DNA from: Phallusia mammillata
Lineage: Eukaryota
DNA: 64,000 nucleotides
NCBI GenBank assembly: GCA_965637545.1
Contig: OZ281498.1
Coordinates: 11,966,001-12,030,000, forward strand
Reading direction: 5' to 3'
Part shown: positions 49,601 through 61,645 of the stretch, in pieces
How positions within the stretch are numbered: the stretch's first letter is position 1
Layout of the letters: each line of letters starts with the position of its first letter
Notes under the pieces: model-generated
Told to the model about the DNA's origin: nothing
Seen by the model: the letters and a program-made list of their open reading frames with translations, nothing else
The model's database searches: none
Made by a program: the position numbers and the translations under genes

Positions 49601-52600
49601 TGTGCGGGTCGGCTGTTCCCCAAAGCAAGCATCATCGCTTAAATCCAAACCAATTACCATCAGCGATAGCAAATTCCTCTGGCTTTATTAAACTGTATTG
49701 ACAAACGACTAAGCACACATGGCGTATATGAACTTATTTAATATGAACTTGGAGAAATCATTCTCCATACCTCGAAGCTTCCATTTAACAACATAAAGCC
49801 ATGATTTTTTTTTCAAGTAAACACGTTGTTAAGGCATACCAAAACGTTTTAACGTATGTGGTTGTAAAAAGACAATTCATATCTTCCGGATATTAATTTT
49901 TATTTCTTGTCACATGCTACTGTATTGATTAACATTAAACCGCAACCTATTGCCGCGCTTCAGGTTTTTCAATTTTATCCATCCTGTTTTTGTGGTCGCC
50001 AACGAGCTTGCGCTGTTGCCTAAAAAACCTCTTGTTTAGGCTGGGTGCCAGTTGCTTCAGGTGAACTCCCTCCAATGCCCTTCAGTCACCGCCGAACAAA
50101 GGACGAAGTTGTGAATTTGAACGTCAGTGGGCGTCGCTTCCAGGCCTGGAGAAACACGTTGGAGAAATTTCCTGACACTATGCTAGGAAGTCGGGAAAAA
50201 GACTTTTTCTATAACGAGGAAAAGAACGAATACTTTTTTGACCGCGACCCGGAAATCTTTCGCCACATTCTCTGTTTCTACCGAACCGGAAAGATGCATT
50301 TTCCCCGCACTGAGTGCATTACAACTATCGAAGATGAATTGGCGTTTTTTGGGATCATGCCCGAAATGATCGCGGATTGCTGTTATGAGGACTATCGCGA
50401 TAGAAAACGCGAACACGATGAACGTTTGATGGATGACAACGTTCCAGGTGATGGTACCAGTGAAATGGGCGCCCCTGCGGCAGCCAGCAAACTTACACCC
50501 CCTGCACCCACGTCTCTGCGCAAGCGTATGTGGCGAGCTTTTGAAAACCCTCACACCAGTACCCCTGCTTTGGTTTTTTATTATGTAACCGGTTTTTTCA
50601 TTGCTGTATCAGTGTTTGCTAACATTGTAGAAACCGTACCGTGCGGTCCAAAGCCCGGTTCGCTGGAGGTTCTGCCGTGTGGTGAAAGGTACCAGCTTGT
50701 TTTCTTTTGCTTGGATACCGCTTGTGTAATGATCTTCACCGTGGAATACTTTTTGAGACTCTTCGCCGCCCCTAATCGTTGCAAGTTCTTGCGCTCTGTG
50801 ATGAGCATTATCGACGTCGTGGCCATCCTGCCGTATTATATCGGACTTATAATCACCGACAACGAGGACGTGAGCGGCGCTTTCGTGACGCTACGAGTGT
50901 TTCGCGTCTTCCGAATTTTCAAGTTTTCACGCCACTCGCAGGGTTTGCGTATATTGGGCTACACGCTGAAGAGTTGTGCGAGCGAGCTTGGATTTCTGCT
51001 ATTTTCCCTAACTATGGCCATTATCATTTTCGCGACTGTGATGTTTTACGCCGAGAAAGGCATGGAGGGTACCAACTTCACCAGCATTCCGTCTGCTTTT
51101 TGGTATACCATTGTCACTATGACCACGCTCGGGTAGGTGTGCAATGGCACTATTTCACTTCTTCACCATTGTTTAAACAGCTTTTATGCTAATTAAAGTT
51201 AATTACTTTATTCCGTTGATCAAGTCACATTGGGACACCCCTTAAAATTTTTGATAGCTATATAAATATTTTACGACCTAACAATGTTCACAAAGTTTCA
51301 TGCAGCCTTTGATATGTTAATATTATTTCCCATGTGTGACAGATACGGTGATATGGTTCCTCGAACAATAGCTGGAAAGATTTTCGGCAGCGTATGTTCC
51401 CTTAGTGGCGTGTTGGTGATCGCTCTACCTGTTCCTGTAATCGTCAGCAACTTCGGTCGAATATACAGTCAAAGTCAACGACAAGATAAACGTAGGGCGC
51501 AGAAGGTAAGACCACCGCAACAGCAACAACAAACCATGCTTTTACACTTGATTAGTTGTCTAGAAAGTGTAAGTTCGCTTGCCGTTTGAGACGCATGTAA
51601 AAGACTTACGCTACACGCATTTTTAAACCACGATGGTGGCCAATTAGCGATGCGCGTGCATGGTCAATTGACTTTGCAGGAGCCATGCGGGTTTCGTGCC
51701 GAACACACAGACACACACATGCGCACAACACACGCACTTGTCTTGCAGAAAATAGAAGAGTTAGTAGGTGACAGTGCTTCTGAATTATTAAACTTCAACA
51801 AGGCTTTTAACGCCTTTAATGAACGTCTTCCCTCTCGGGGCGTGTTCAACTCGGAGCGAATGTCCTCGCGTTCTCTAGAGCTGTCTGATTTATGATGGTC
51901 GCAAAGTGTTAATAGCGTGCGATTTACAACCCCACAGACGTTTTAGAAATGTTGACTCATTTTCCTGCATTCAATGTCACTGATCGGAGAGTAACAAAAC
52001 CTACACTAGAATTTCAAGTCGCAAATCAACTACAATTCTATGCCCTTATTCATGTGTGCTACAAATCCTAAACTTAACTAAACAATTACTATCAATTCTC
52101 CGCACTTGTTCAAATAGTTCCTGCAGACTATGCACAGTAAAGGTTAAAGGACAGTTTTTTTGTTTTTTTGCAGAGAGCACGTTTAGCCCGAATACGTGCT
52201 GGTAAACAATCAGGAGCCATCAACTACTTTCAGAAAAAGTTCGATCCCGGATTGGATGAAAATAGAATTCAGTCGGTAGGAAATTTGTATTATTGTATCT
52301 TAGGTTACTATGTTTCTTACTTTTCTGTTGACCTCGAAAAATCGTGCAAAAGGAAGACTACGGTTTGGATGATATCACACCAAACATTTTCTTCGTATTG
52401 ATTTGATCACTTCCACTTGTGTAACCGTCGATATTTTTTGCCACAGAGCGAAACTGGAACGAGCAACTCGAGCAATTCAAACAACAACGGATTCGAGAGG
52501 GAACATTTCCATTTGCTTAATTGCCTCGAAAAAACTACGGTTAGTCTCCAGACAGTCATATAATTGTTTGCATGAACTTATACAACACGACTGCAACAGT

Positions 52601-54209
52601 TGGGATGTAAGGGGGGAAAGTAGAAGAAGGAGAGTTTATACTCTGCTGGCGGTGTTTTACACGACATTTCCCGTTGTTGTCTTATTTCATGAATATTAAT
52701 TTTAAAATAAGCCAGAGCTTGTTTACCCCGAGGTTGTACAGTCACATGGCCCTTTTTCTTCGGTCCTTTAAAACGTTAGGCACATTTATGCATTTAATGC
52801 ATCGACTTTTCCACGAGCACTTAGCGATTGCGCGTGTTGTGCGTTGGAAAACATCAAAAATATTCTTATCCGGCAGCTGTCTTTGCCAGTGCTCTCAAGG
52901 GCCGATCGATCCCATCTTTTTGCGCGCAGAATCACGACATCATGGATAGCGACACGAATAATCCTTCGGCGGCCATCACCATCGGCAATCAAATGAGCAA
53001 CGACCAAGAGACAGAATCGCTAATCTCCGCCAGGTCAGCGGTTTCGCAGCCCGCCGGTTTGCCGCTCTATCATCAAAAGTCTGTCAGTCCACCGGAAAAA
53101 ATAGCTCACAGCAGTTCGGGGCCTGCCACAAATCGCTTACAAAAGGCTGACGAGCATCGGGTTCGGGTAGCGCATGCCAACTCGAGCAACAACAACGGCA
53201 GCAGGTGGGTGGCGATCGTTTTTCCTTGGCGTTGTGTAAAAACGGATTAGGTTGCGTAAAGGCAATAGATAGCACTTCGATGCTGCTGTCAACTGCGTCA
53301 AATCGACCTTCGCTAAACTCGAACAACATGTTTTACTTTGGATCACATCGGTCCACAATAATTGCAACCATTCAGCAGTAGACGTTATTTGTTTCATTCG
53401 ACTCCATGTATATAAGTTGGAGCAAAATAAATTAAGTGATAAATGGAGTAAAATTCCAAAAATATTTTTCTGCATATTACAGGGATGAATCGCCTAATAT
53501 ACCCGGTGCCGTGACGCAGTCTTGGGGCACCGAAAAAAAGTTAAAACCAGGATCCTCCATTGTGTACAACTGCGCGTCGAACGGCGTTCGGTCAATCGAT
53601 AAAGGTGAGAGCGACAAAGACGATGTTTGCCCTTCTCACCCTTCCGTCCCCACTATCGTGACGCAAACCGACAGCGGACGCATCTCCCCCCACCCTAACT
53701 TCAATAACGAGTCATCGGAAAACTTTCAAGAAGCATTTGAGAGATCAAAAGTGACAGAGACAAGCCCAGTCGACACTTTAAACGTCCCAATGACGCCGCT
53801 GGGTTCGTCGGATGCTTCATCGTCGACGTCAGGCGTTAGTGGCGGTTCATCCATGCTGGAGTATTATAGGTACATCGGAAGTGACGACGACGTGCGCCTA
53901 CCTAACGTCATTTCATCGAAAGAAAGCGGACCGAAAGGCTCGTACAGTTTTGAACGAACCTTCTCGAAACCCTTTACAGTCAGTGGCAATTGCGAGATGG
54001 AACAACACCCGCCAAGTTACCTGGACGCACGGGAACTCCCTGTTATCGACCCAGCACAGGTGGACGAACCTGTGACGCGATTGCGACAGAAAGGCGAATC
54101 AAAAAAGCGATTTGGCAATGCTGAGGAGAAAGGGAATATGCGGCCGAGCACGACCGGTGGAAACTGCGATTCTTCAAATCCTAATATCCTCAAGATATCG
54201 TCATTGTAA
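46688..54209 (+). CDS. KCND: Kv4/Shal A-type potassium channel, 7 coding exons
   Basis: [17 protein letters not shown]|GWVPVA (46688-46739, then 50040-51132). T1 domain with the HX5CX20CC Zn site; S4 [16 protein letters not shown]; pore TMTTLG|YGDMVP (51343-51505); PVPVIVSNF; RARLARIR; [12 protein letters not shown]; C-terminal ILKISSL*. Confidence 0.97.
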
Positions 54210-55333
54210 CGGATGACTTGTGTTCGCTGTCGGGCAACGGGAAGCTGATGCGGTGCACTTCTGACACATTTTTTCTACGCTTGGACGATTAACGCTCAAT
54301 ACAATCGCAGACGGGCAGATTTATTAAACAATATGGAAAATAATGAGAAATAGCCTCAATATCGGTGAAAAGATGTATGTTATTTACACCTGCTCTGTCA
54401 TTCTGTCTAATCACATTTTCGTGATAACAACACTCCATCAATTCGAAAATGGAAGTGTAGTTCCCATTATTGAGCTGGAACATTGATCCATCATCATCTT
54501 CATCACTTCCGGGAATTATAAGTGCAATATTATTTGAGCGCCGTGGCTGACAATGGTTTTACCACTGCAACGACTGTACGAATAACCAAAAACACACACT
54601 CTACGATGAACTAACTTTAAAATCTGTAATTAAACTTAGCTATTAAAGGGCGAGATAAACTCAATTTTCGTGACAGACACTTTGCGGATTTATGTGATTC
54701 AAATCATTGGCCTGTGAGATCAGTTTCGATCCCAATCCCTTTCTAACGCTTTTATTGCGTTGCTGGGTAATTGCGATGGTAATCCGCTCCAAGATCATTC
54801 GCTCCAAAAATCAATGAAAAAAATCCATTATAACTATTTTGACCCGAGAGTCTTGTTTTAAAATTAATTCAACAGAACATTTCAATAATCGACCAATTTT
54901 CCGGCGTTATAGTCGTTGTTTTTTGGTATCGTTTATTTTAGTTTCTTGCGCTTGAAACGACGATTGTCGTGTTTTATGTCTGCTTCTTTTGCAAATTACC
55001 CTTTGATACTGTGTCAATGTTTTATTACAAGCTCTTGTGTATGGGAATATATTTCACTATATTTGGTCGTGCGTCAAAGAACTTCGCTGTTTGACGACGA
55101 AGTCTGCGAGCTGATACTGTACAAATAAAATATCGTTCAGTGGATAGGGTGGTTACCACAGGCCGTGTATCAGCTGAGTTATTTGTTTATGTATTTGGCA
55201 GTGTAACCCCTTGAGATTGATTAAGTGAGCAATACATGTTGACGTCTTTGCATGTACGTCACATTGCGCATATGCCTTTGGTGTCCGTAATTTGGAAAGC
55301 TTAACCAATTAAACCAACAACATATGTTTAGAT

Positions 55334-55546
55334 CAGTGGTTCTCAAACATTTTTATTGTCGGGGCCAAACGGTAGTTTTGTGTGTAGGAAGCTGCAAAAA
55401 AACGAAACCTTGAGAAAATCACTGAAGATTAATACTTTGAAAGCTAAAATAGCAATCTTTGGTGGTTTTCTGAGGTTTGGTGGGGGCCGCAAAATAGGTA
55501 GTTGGGAGCCGCATGTGGTCCTGAGAGCCGCGTTTGAGAATCACTG
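55334..55546. mobile_element. hAT-type MITE, 213 bp
   Basis: TIRs cagtggttctcaaac / gtttgagaatcactg; perfect TSD gtttagat. Confidence 0.92.
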
Positions 55547-56040
55547 GTTTAGATGAACGGTTTGTGCACTTTTACTCCACCATTTTAAAATTTAATTATA
55601 GGTATCTGCAAACGAAAGAATGAGACAAAGTTTTCAATCGCCCGAAAGTCACTCTGTTTTCGAAAGACGAGTGGCCTATTCATTTTAGCAATGTTAAAGC
55701 ACATTTTTGTATCAATTTAGGATCTCTTAATTAAACATTTTCTGTAGTCAGTCCTCGGTCGACAATTTTAGGTAACACTGTGTTCACTGTGTTTTTGTAA
55801 CATCGGGTCTTGCGGGTACGTAGGGTCAAGATCTGTTATTTGTAAACTCTACCTGAATAAATTCACATTTTATCTTCATATGAACATAGTCGACACTTCC
55901 TTTAACCTTCTTGCAGGCGACTTATCCTCGTTCCCGTTTAGGCCCGAAAGTTTGATTGATTGGTCAATACTAAAGAAGACATACACAACGGGCAATAATA
56001 GACAATGGCTTCAAACACGACATTTTAGGGCTGCTGGGCA

Positions 56041-56253
56041 CAGAGTTGTAAGCGGGCCCGAAAAAGTACAAGCACGGTCCGAACCCGAATCATTTTTGAG
56101 AAACCCGTTTAGCTACTTACTTGGGTAATTTTATTTGAAAAACAGAAACGGAAAGAATTTAAAGTCAGGCCCGTATCAAGCCCGTTTGTTTAACAAACCC
56201 CAAGCCCGAACCAGACCCCAAACTGAAAAAGCCCAGCCCGACTTACAACTCTG
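56041..56253. mobile_element. hAT-type MITE, 213 bp, with cccga-rich interior
   Basis: TIRs cagagttgtaagcggg / cccgacttacaactctg; degenerate TSD gctgggca / gtcgggca. Confidence 0.85.
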
Positions 56254-56685
56254 GTCGGGCATTAATTACAGTCTAGCAAATAAGGTAATTTATATCGGAA
56301 AAAAATACGGACGAAGCATGTCGAACCAGAACTCGGCCCGCAAAACCCGGAGTTCTGAATCGAACCAACATCAACAAAATGGAAATATTTACAATTAAAA
56401 TGAAACAAGTATCGTTTTACGTATGTGTGCAAAAAATAGATTCGAAGACTTCCGGCACAGACTATATACAAAGTATTTGTTATTGCAGATTTTACGTGGT
56501 ACAGAGCTTTAAAACTATACCTGTGCGAGCAACTGATTTGCTACAAAGAAAACGACACAAATGAAAATCGGAACCAGCCACAGCGACACCAACACTCGAC
56601 CAACAAAACACAAACAATAACTAAACTAGGTGTAGCATCCCTCAGTCAGTCCAAGCTTTTAGTTTACCGCTCGCGATTACCGGTT

Positions 56686-56751
56686 AATTAAGCAAAATTC
56701 CTAGTTTTAAGCAAAAAAAAAAAAAAAAAATTAAGCAAAATTCCTAGTTTT
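56686..56751 (+). repeat. 23-bp direct repeat flanking a poly(A) run
   Basis: aattaagcaaaattcctagtttt at 56686-56708 and 56729-56751, around aagc plus an A-run. Confidence 0.8.
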
Positions 56752-56894
56752 TGATCAGCAAAGTACCAACATCAGTATATAAAGCGTTAAAACAGACCAA
56801 AACGCCGTCAAACGTCGGTAGAGCTGCGATAAGAACTCACAACAGACCAAGTTTGCTAATTACCGATAGATGACGTAAAGGGCATAGTTATTTA

Positions 56895-58490
56895 AACTAG
56901 AAGGGTAGCTTAGCACATATTGCCCTTGCATATACACTATAACCTATTTTAAAACATTGATATATTTCCTATGCTTATTTTATATTGGGTCCCATACCAT
57001 CTACTGTCTTTTATAACCTTAGTTGTTTCTGCAAGCAGAAACTCATGGGTCCCCACACATGCAAAGTTGTAGATAATGCATCAATGACTCAATCAATAGT
57101 ACTGCAAAATTCAGCCAAATCCTCCAATGTTTAAAATGTCGACCACTAGAGGTGTTTTGAGCAACAACCTTTTTTATTTTTTTATTAAAACTGAAACCCT
57201 AACCAGGCCGATAAAAAACAACCCCGACACTGTTTAAAAAACTGACCCATTTTAGGGGGCTAGTAGGGTAACTAATGGGGTCCGACACACAAACTTAAAA
57301 AATAGGAAACCTCAATGACTCAATCAACAGTGCTGCAAAATTTGAGCCAAATCCGCCAATGTTTAAAATGTCGACCACTAGAGGTGTTTTGAGCAACAAC
57401 CGACGTCATAGGGCAGAGATGGCGAACCACTGACCCGCGGGCCACAAAGTGACCCACCACGTGAATTCCAGTGACCCAATTGTAGTTTCAAAAATTTTTA
57501 CTGATTACTATTGGCAGGGTTATCAGATTTCCAAGATTTAAAAGCAACACAACAGTTAACTTCAAGCCCTTTTCCAGATTGCCTATTGTCCTAATACAGA
57601 TGGTTGAGTGAATTGTGAGGCAACAGATATGTTTATTAAAATGTACAAATTGAAACAATTTGTTGTAACTTTGTTGACGTTGTTCGGTTCCACGTATTCA
57701 TGCGAATCCTTGTTTTCACATATGAATTTCAAAAAATCAAGTGCCAGGAATTGTCTCAGCTCAGACATGACTGCTGCGTGTATTAAACTGAAAACTTCCT
57801 AGGATTGCAAGACTTGCAGAGAAGATGCAGCAACGCTTCTCATTGACATTGACATGCAATAAAATATGTGACCCACTTTGTTTTCTTTTTGAAATAATGA
57901 TCTCATGTATGACCCATTTAATGAAAAAGGTTCGCCATCCCTGTCATAGGGCAACAACCTTCACCAAGCAATCCACAAAGTCACAAACGAGTAACATACT
58001 TGCCCTTGTAACACTATTGAGCAACAGAAATCTTTTGTTTGTGGTGTTCAGTAACATACAAATACGTTTTACGCTTTGGGGGCTTGTGGGGTAAATACTA
58101 GGGTTCTTTGGACAAACAAAGTGGGATGCACATCTACATAACTTTATCTACCATCTGTATAAGTTTCAGCCACATCCATCAAACATTTGATAGAAAAACG
58201 AGTCGGACAAACTTTGGGAAGAAAAATACCCATTTTAGGGGGCTAGCGGGGTAAATACTAGGGTTTATCAACAAAAACAAAGTGGGATGCACATCTACAT
58301 AACCATATCTACCATCTGTGCAAATTTCAGCCAAATCCATCAAACATTTGATGGAAAAACGAGTTGGACAAACTTTAGGAAGAAAAAAAAAGAAAATAAA
58401 ATAAAATAAAAGAAACAAAAAGAAAAAAACACAAATCAATTTGAGTAAAATCAATATGCGTCCCATTCAGGGAAGGGGACCCATAATTAA
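56895..58490 (+). mobile_element. DINE-1/HINE-like (Helentron-associated) non-autonomous element with internal tandem repeats
   Basis: Starts aactaga; subTIR gcacatattg (56913) with inverted caatatgcg (58452); 3' hairpin gtccc..gggac; ends ataattaa. Internal repeats have periods of about 230 bp (57040-57400) and about 165 bp (58090-58385). No TSD. Confidence 0.55.
57414..57943 (+). mobile_element. hAT deletion derivative, 530 bp, retaining the transposase C-terminal dimerization motif
   Basis: TIRs cagagatggcgaacc / ggttcgccatccctg; perfect TSD tcataggg. ORF 57608-57802 contains LTLFGSTYSCESLFSHMNFKKSSARNCL (hATC-type FGSTYxCExxFS). Confidence 0.9.
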
Positions 58491-59899
58491 CAGACTGGGA
58501 TTGGGTTTGGAACTAAATGTAGGGTTGGGAATTTATTGCTATAGTTATGGTTTATTGCTATAGTTGTTAAAAACCTCACCCCAACCCCAATACCGTCAGA
58601 CTACTCAAGCATTTATTTAAATTGCTTCTGCAGAATCTTTGGACTTTTGCAGAATCATTAGCAAAGGTCTTTAAACGGAACAAACCGTTTTATTTTTTAT
58701 TTTTTTATCAAAACTGAAACCCTAACCAGGCCGATAAAAAACAAGTTAACTTTGTTTGGGTTTTAGATGAACTGGTTTTCGAACTCGTTACTTAAGCCAA
58801 AGCCACTTACATAACTCCTAGGCACAAGTGATTTTGTTGTTAGGTGTTGGCAGTAGTCGGTGATTTTAGCAACTTGATACGTGCCAAAAAAACGGGTCCT
58901 CAGGACGAGCGGAGATTCCGTTTCCATTGAAATGTAATCAAGTTTCAAATAGCACGCTGTATGTTTTGCGAACAGAAGTCAGGATGTCATGTTCGTTTGC
59001 CACACGGCTAGGTTTCTCGGATTGTGACAAAAACGTCTAGGCTTGCCGTTGTTAAACAAACTAAAACCATGCATTTCAAAACTGGATGATTGATGTGTAT
59101 GTTCATGTAACCTTCGTAACTTTTATTCGCATGTATTCTCTTTGTAGAGTGTAAAAAAAACCTATACGACGCAAACTGGGGAAAGGCACACTAACGCCTC
59201 GCCTTAGCTGCGTCGGGGCAGATGTTTGTTAAGCCTTTGTTGAAGCCCTGTGTTTGTGTAATCTATGATGTGTTGTTAGTATGTAGGGTTGTTGTCATAT
59301 TATGTGTGTAAGCAGATAATCTGGCATTTTTGCCCTGTACTGTGTCATATCGTACCTCCTTTATTAATTTGTGGTGTGTTAAAGGTTGTATGCATTTAGA
59401 GGTATTTTCTTGCTAAATAGTTTCACTCTAATTTAAACTGAAATTAGCACACAAAGATCCATAAACGCAAGAATGAATACACGTTTGACTTAGTATGAAT
59501 TGAAAGACTTCCTTGTTAATAGAAAACTGTATTTTAATTTGTGACGCCAGTTTAGACTTGAAACAGATATAGTAGTCTTAATAGGCTAACTAGGAACGTT
59601 ACTTTCACTGATCCAAAACAATTTGCTTTGGGGTTGATTTCAAATACTACGTGACCAACAATGGATGAAAGAGATTTGATATTGATAAGAGATGAGTCTA
59701 AGTGGAGTAAAAGAGCAGAACACTAGAGCAATGAACAAAGAAGGGACAAGAGATAGGCCGACGTGGAGAAAATCTATGGACTTTTTAGTTTCGGCGATAG
59801 GGTTAACCGTAGGACTGGGTAATATATGGAGGTTTCCATACCTGTGCTTTTGAAAACGGCGGAGGTAGGATATGTGTTCATATTTTGGACGGTTTCGAT

Positions 59900-60162
59900 C
59901 CGGAGTCGGCAACGTACGGCCCGCCAAGAAAAAACATTAAATTGACCGATTTTTGTCTTCGTTTTTTAATATTGGCAAAACGCAGCAAACAGCGAGACAA
60001 TTTGATGTAACGTATATGCTAAACTCAAGAGGTTTAATAACATGGCAAACAGAAAATACTATACTGAACAAAATATGAATAATTACTACGGCCCAGGTCG
60101 ACTTGGCTGATTTTAGTCTGGGCCCCTTCCACAAGGCGTAGACTAGAAAAATCTAAACCCTG
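59900..60162. mobile_element. hAT-type MITE with asymmetric ends in SLC6 intron 1
   Basis: Near-perfect 8-bp TSD gtttcgat / gtttggat; left end ccggagtcggcaacgtacggcccg; right end ..aaaccctg; internal cggccc repeats. Confidence 0.6.
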
Positions 60163-61467
60163 GTTTGGATGTTGTTTAATTTTACTTAAAAACTACACGC
60201 ATATTGAGAAATCGCTTTACTGGATTTACCATTAGGAAATTAAGCACGTCCCAAGGGCATCAAAGAAGGTTTTATCACATCAACATCTTACTTTTTATGG
60301 CTAAAAGTGTTTTTTAATATTTGAAACTACAAACAAATGAAGAGAACAGCATCCAATACCCACCATGTTTATCATAAAGTCTCTATGTCTTGTCGCTCTT
60401 ATTATTCGCCGGCGCATTTCTTATTCCTTATCTTCTCTTCACTGTCCTGATTGCGATTCCTGGTCACGTCCTTGAAATCTCGATGGGCCAAAGATTCAGA
60501 CAGGGACTCGTTAAAAGTTGGAGAATTTCTCCCATAATGAAAGGTCGACACTTACATCAACGATTTATTAGAGTTGCAACTAGTTGTTTAGTTATACTGG
60601 AAATGCACTTTAGCTTAAAAAACCAAAACTGCCAGAGAGTTTGTACACAGGGAATACATTTTCCCTCAGCTTAAAAAAAGTTGATACAATCATGGTTGTC
60701 TGCAATGTATTTCGAAAAACATTTCCTGCATGCAAGGTCTGGCAGTTTCGTTTTAATCACGTTGTATTTACTATTATTTTTAAACGGTTATTTTTTTCAT
60801 TTACTGACTGTCAAATTTTCCAATTTTTAGATACTAAGCTTATGTACAAGTTTTTTTAGTTTATCGTTTTGGATTATAGACTTTCGTATAAATTTTTGTT
60901 TCAATAATGATTTCAAAAGTATTGAATCGTCTCTTTCTGTGCAATGTCCACAAATTACGTTCTTACCACCTTGTAGACGTTAAACAATATGTTTGAACTT
61001 ATATATTCGTTGTTGCGTGATTCGTCTTTGCTAAAGAGGATAAACTCTTTCAAGTCAATTTTGCTTTTTAACTCAGTCACAAATTTCAGGAAGCATTGCA
61101 TTAAACAGTAAGTTCAAGTTTGTTTTTTCACAGGCATGGCTTTCGCACAAATCGTGCTGATGATTCAATTTTCGATCTCCTACCCCATAATACTAGTATG
61201 GGCTGTTAAGTATACAGTGGCGAGTTTTTCGACAAATTTGCCTTGGTCCACTTGTCATAACGATTGGAACACTGCCGACTGCGTCACGCCGAACTATGTG
61301 AAGTTAAACGCCACACAGTTGCTTAGCAACGGAACGGCGGGAAATTTAAGCGGGATAGTGTCTGCGGCCACGGAATTTTGGAAGTTAGTGGTCATTTTTA
61401 CTATCTGGAATTTTTTAAGTTTCATTACAAAATAAATGTCAGTTCAGATGAACATAAATTAAATACT

Positions 61468-61645
61468 GTGTAGCCCCGTTGGTAGAGCGCAAGTTTGTTC
61501 CGTTCGAAGGCTCCGTTCGTGGGTTGAATCTCACCGCATGCTAGATTTTTCTAGTCTAGGCTATGCCTTGTCATTCGTTGCAATGCTTAGTGACCGGCTG
61601 AATCAGTATGACACTTTCAATAGGCCTGAGTACTATAAAATAAAT
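61468..61645 (+). mobile_element. tRNA-derived SINE-like element in SLC6 intron 3
   Basis: A-box-like tagccccgttggtagagcgc, B-box-like gggttgaatc, a non-tRNA body and an A-rich end. Confidence 0.55.

Noticed and set aside
57040-58385. Repeated units that could suggest a CRISPR-like array
   Set aside because: Eukaryotic context, long tandem units without unique spacers, and no cas genes.
58179-58466. Hydrophobic ORF resembling a signal or membrane peptide
   Set aside because: Antisense translation of the A-rich tract and internal repeats of the HINE-like element.
61468-61540. Possible tRNA gene
   Set aside because: A- and B-box-like motifs are present but no acceptor stem or cloverleaf can be formed; treated as a SINE head.
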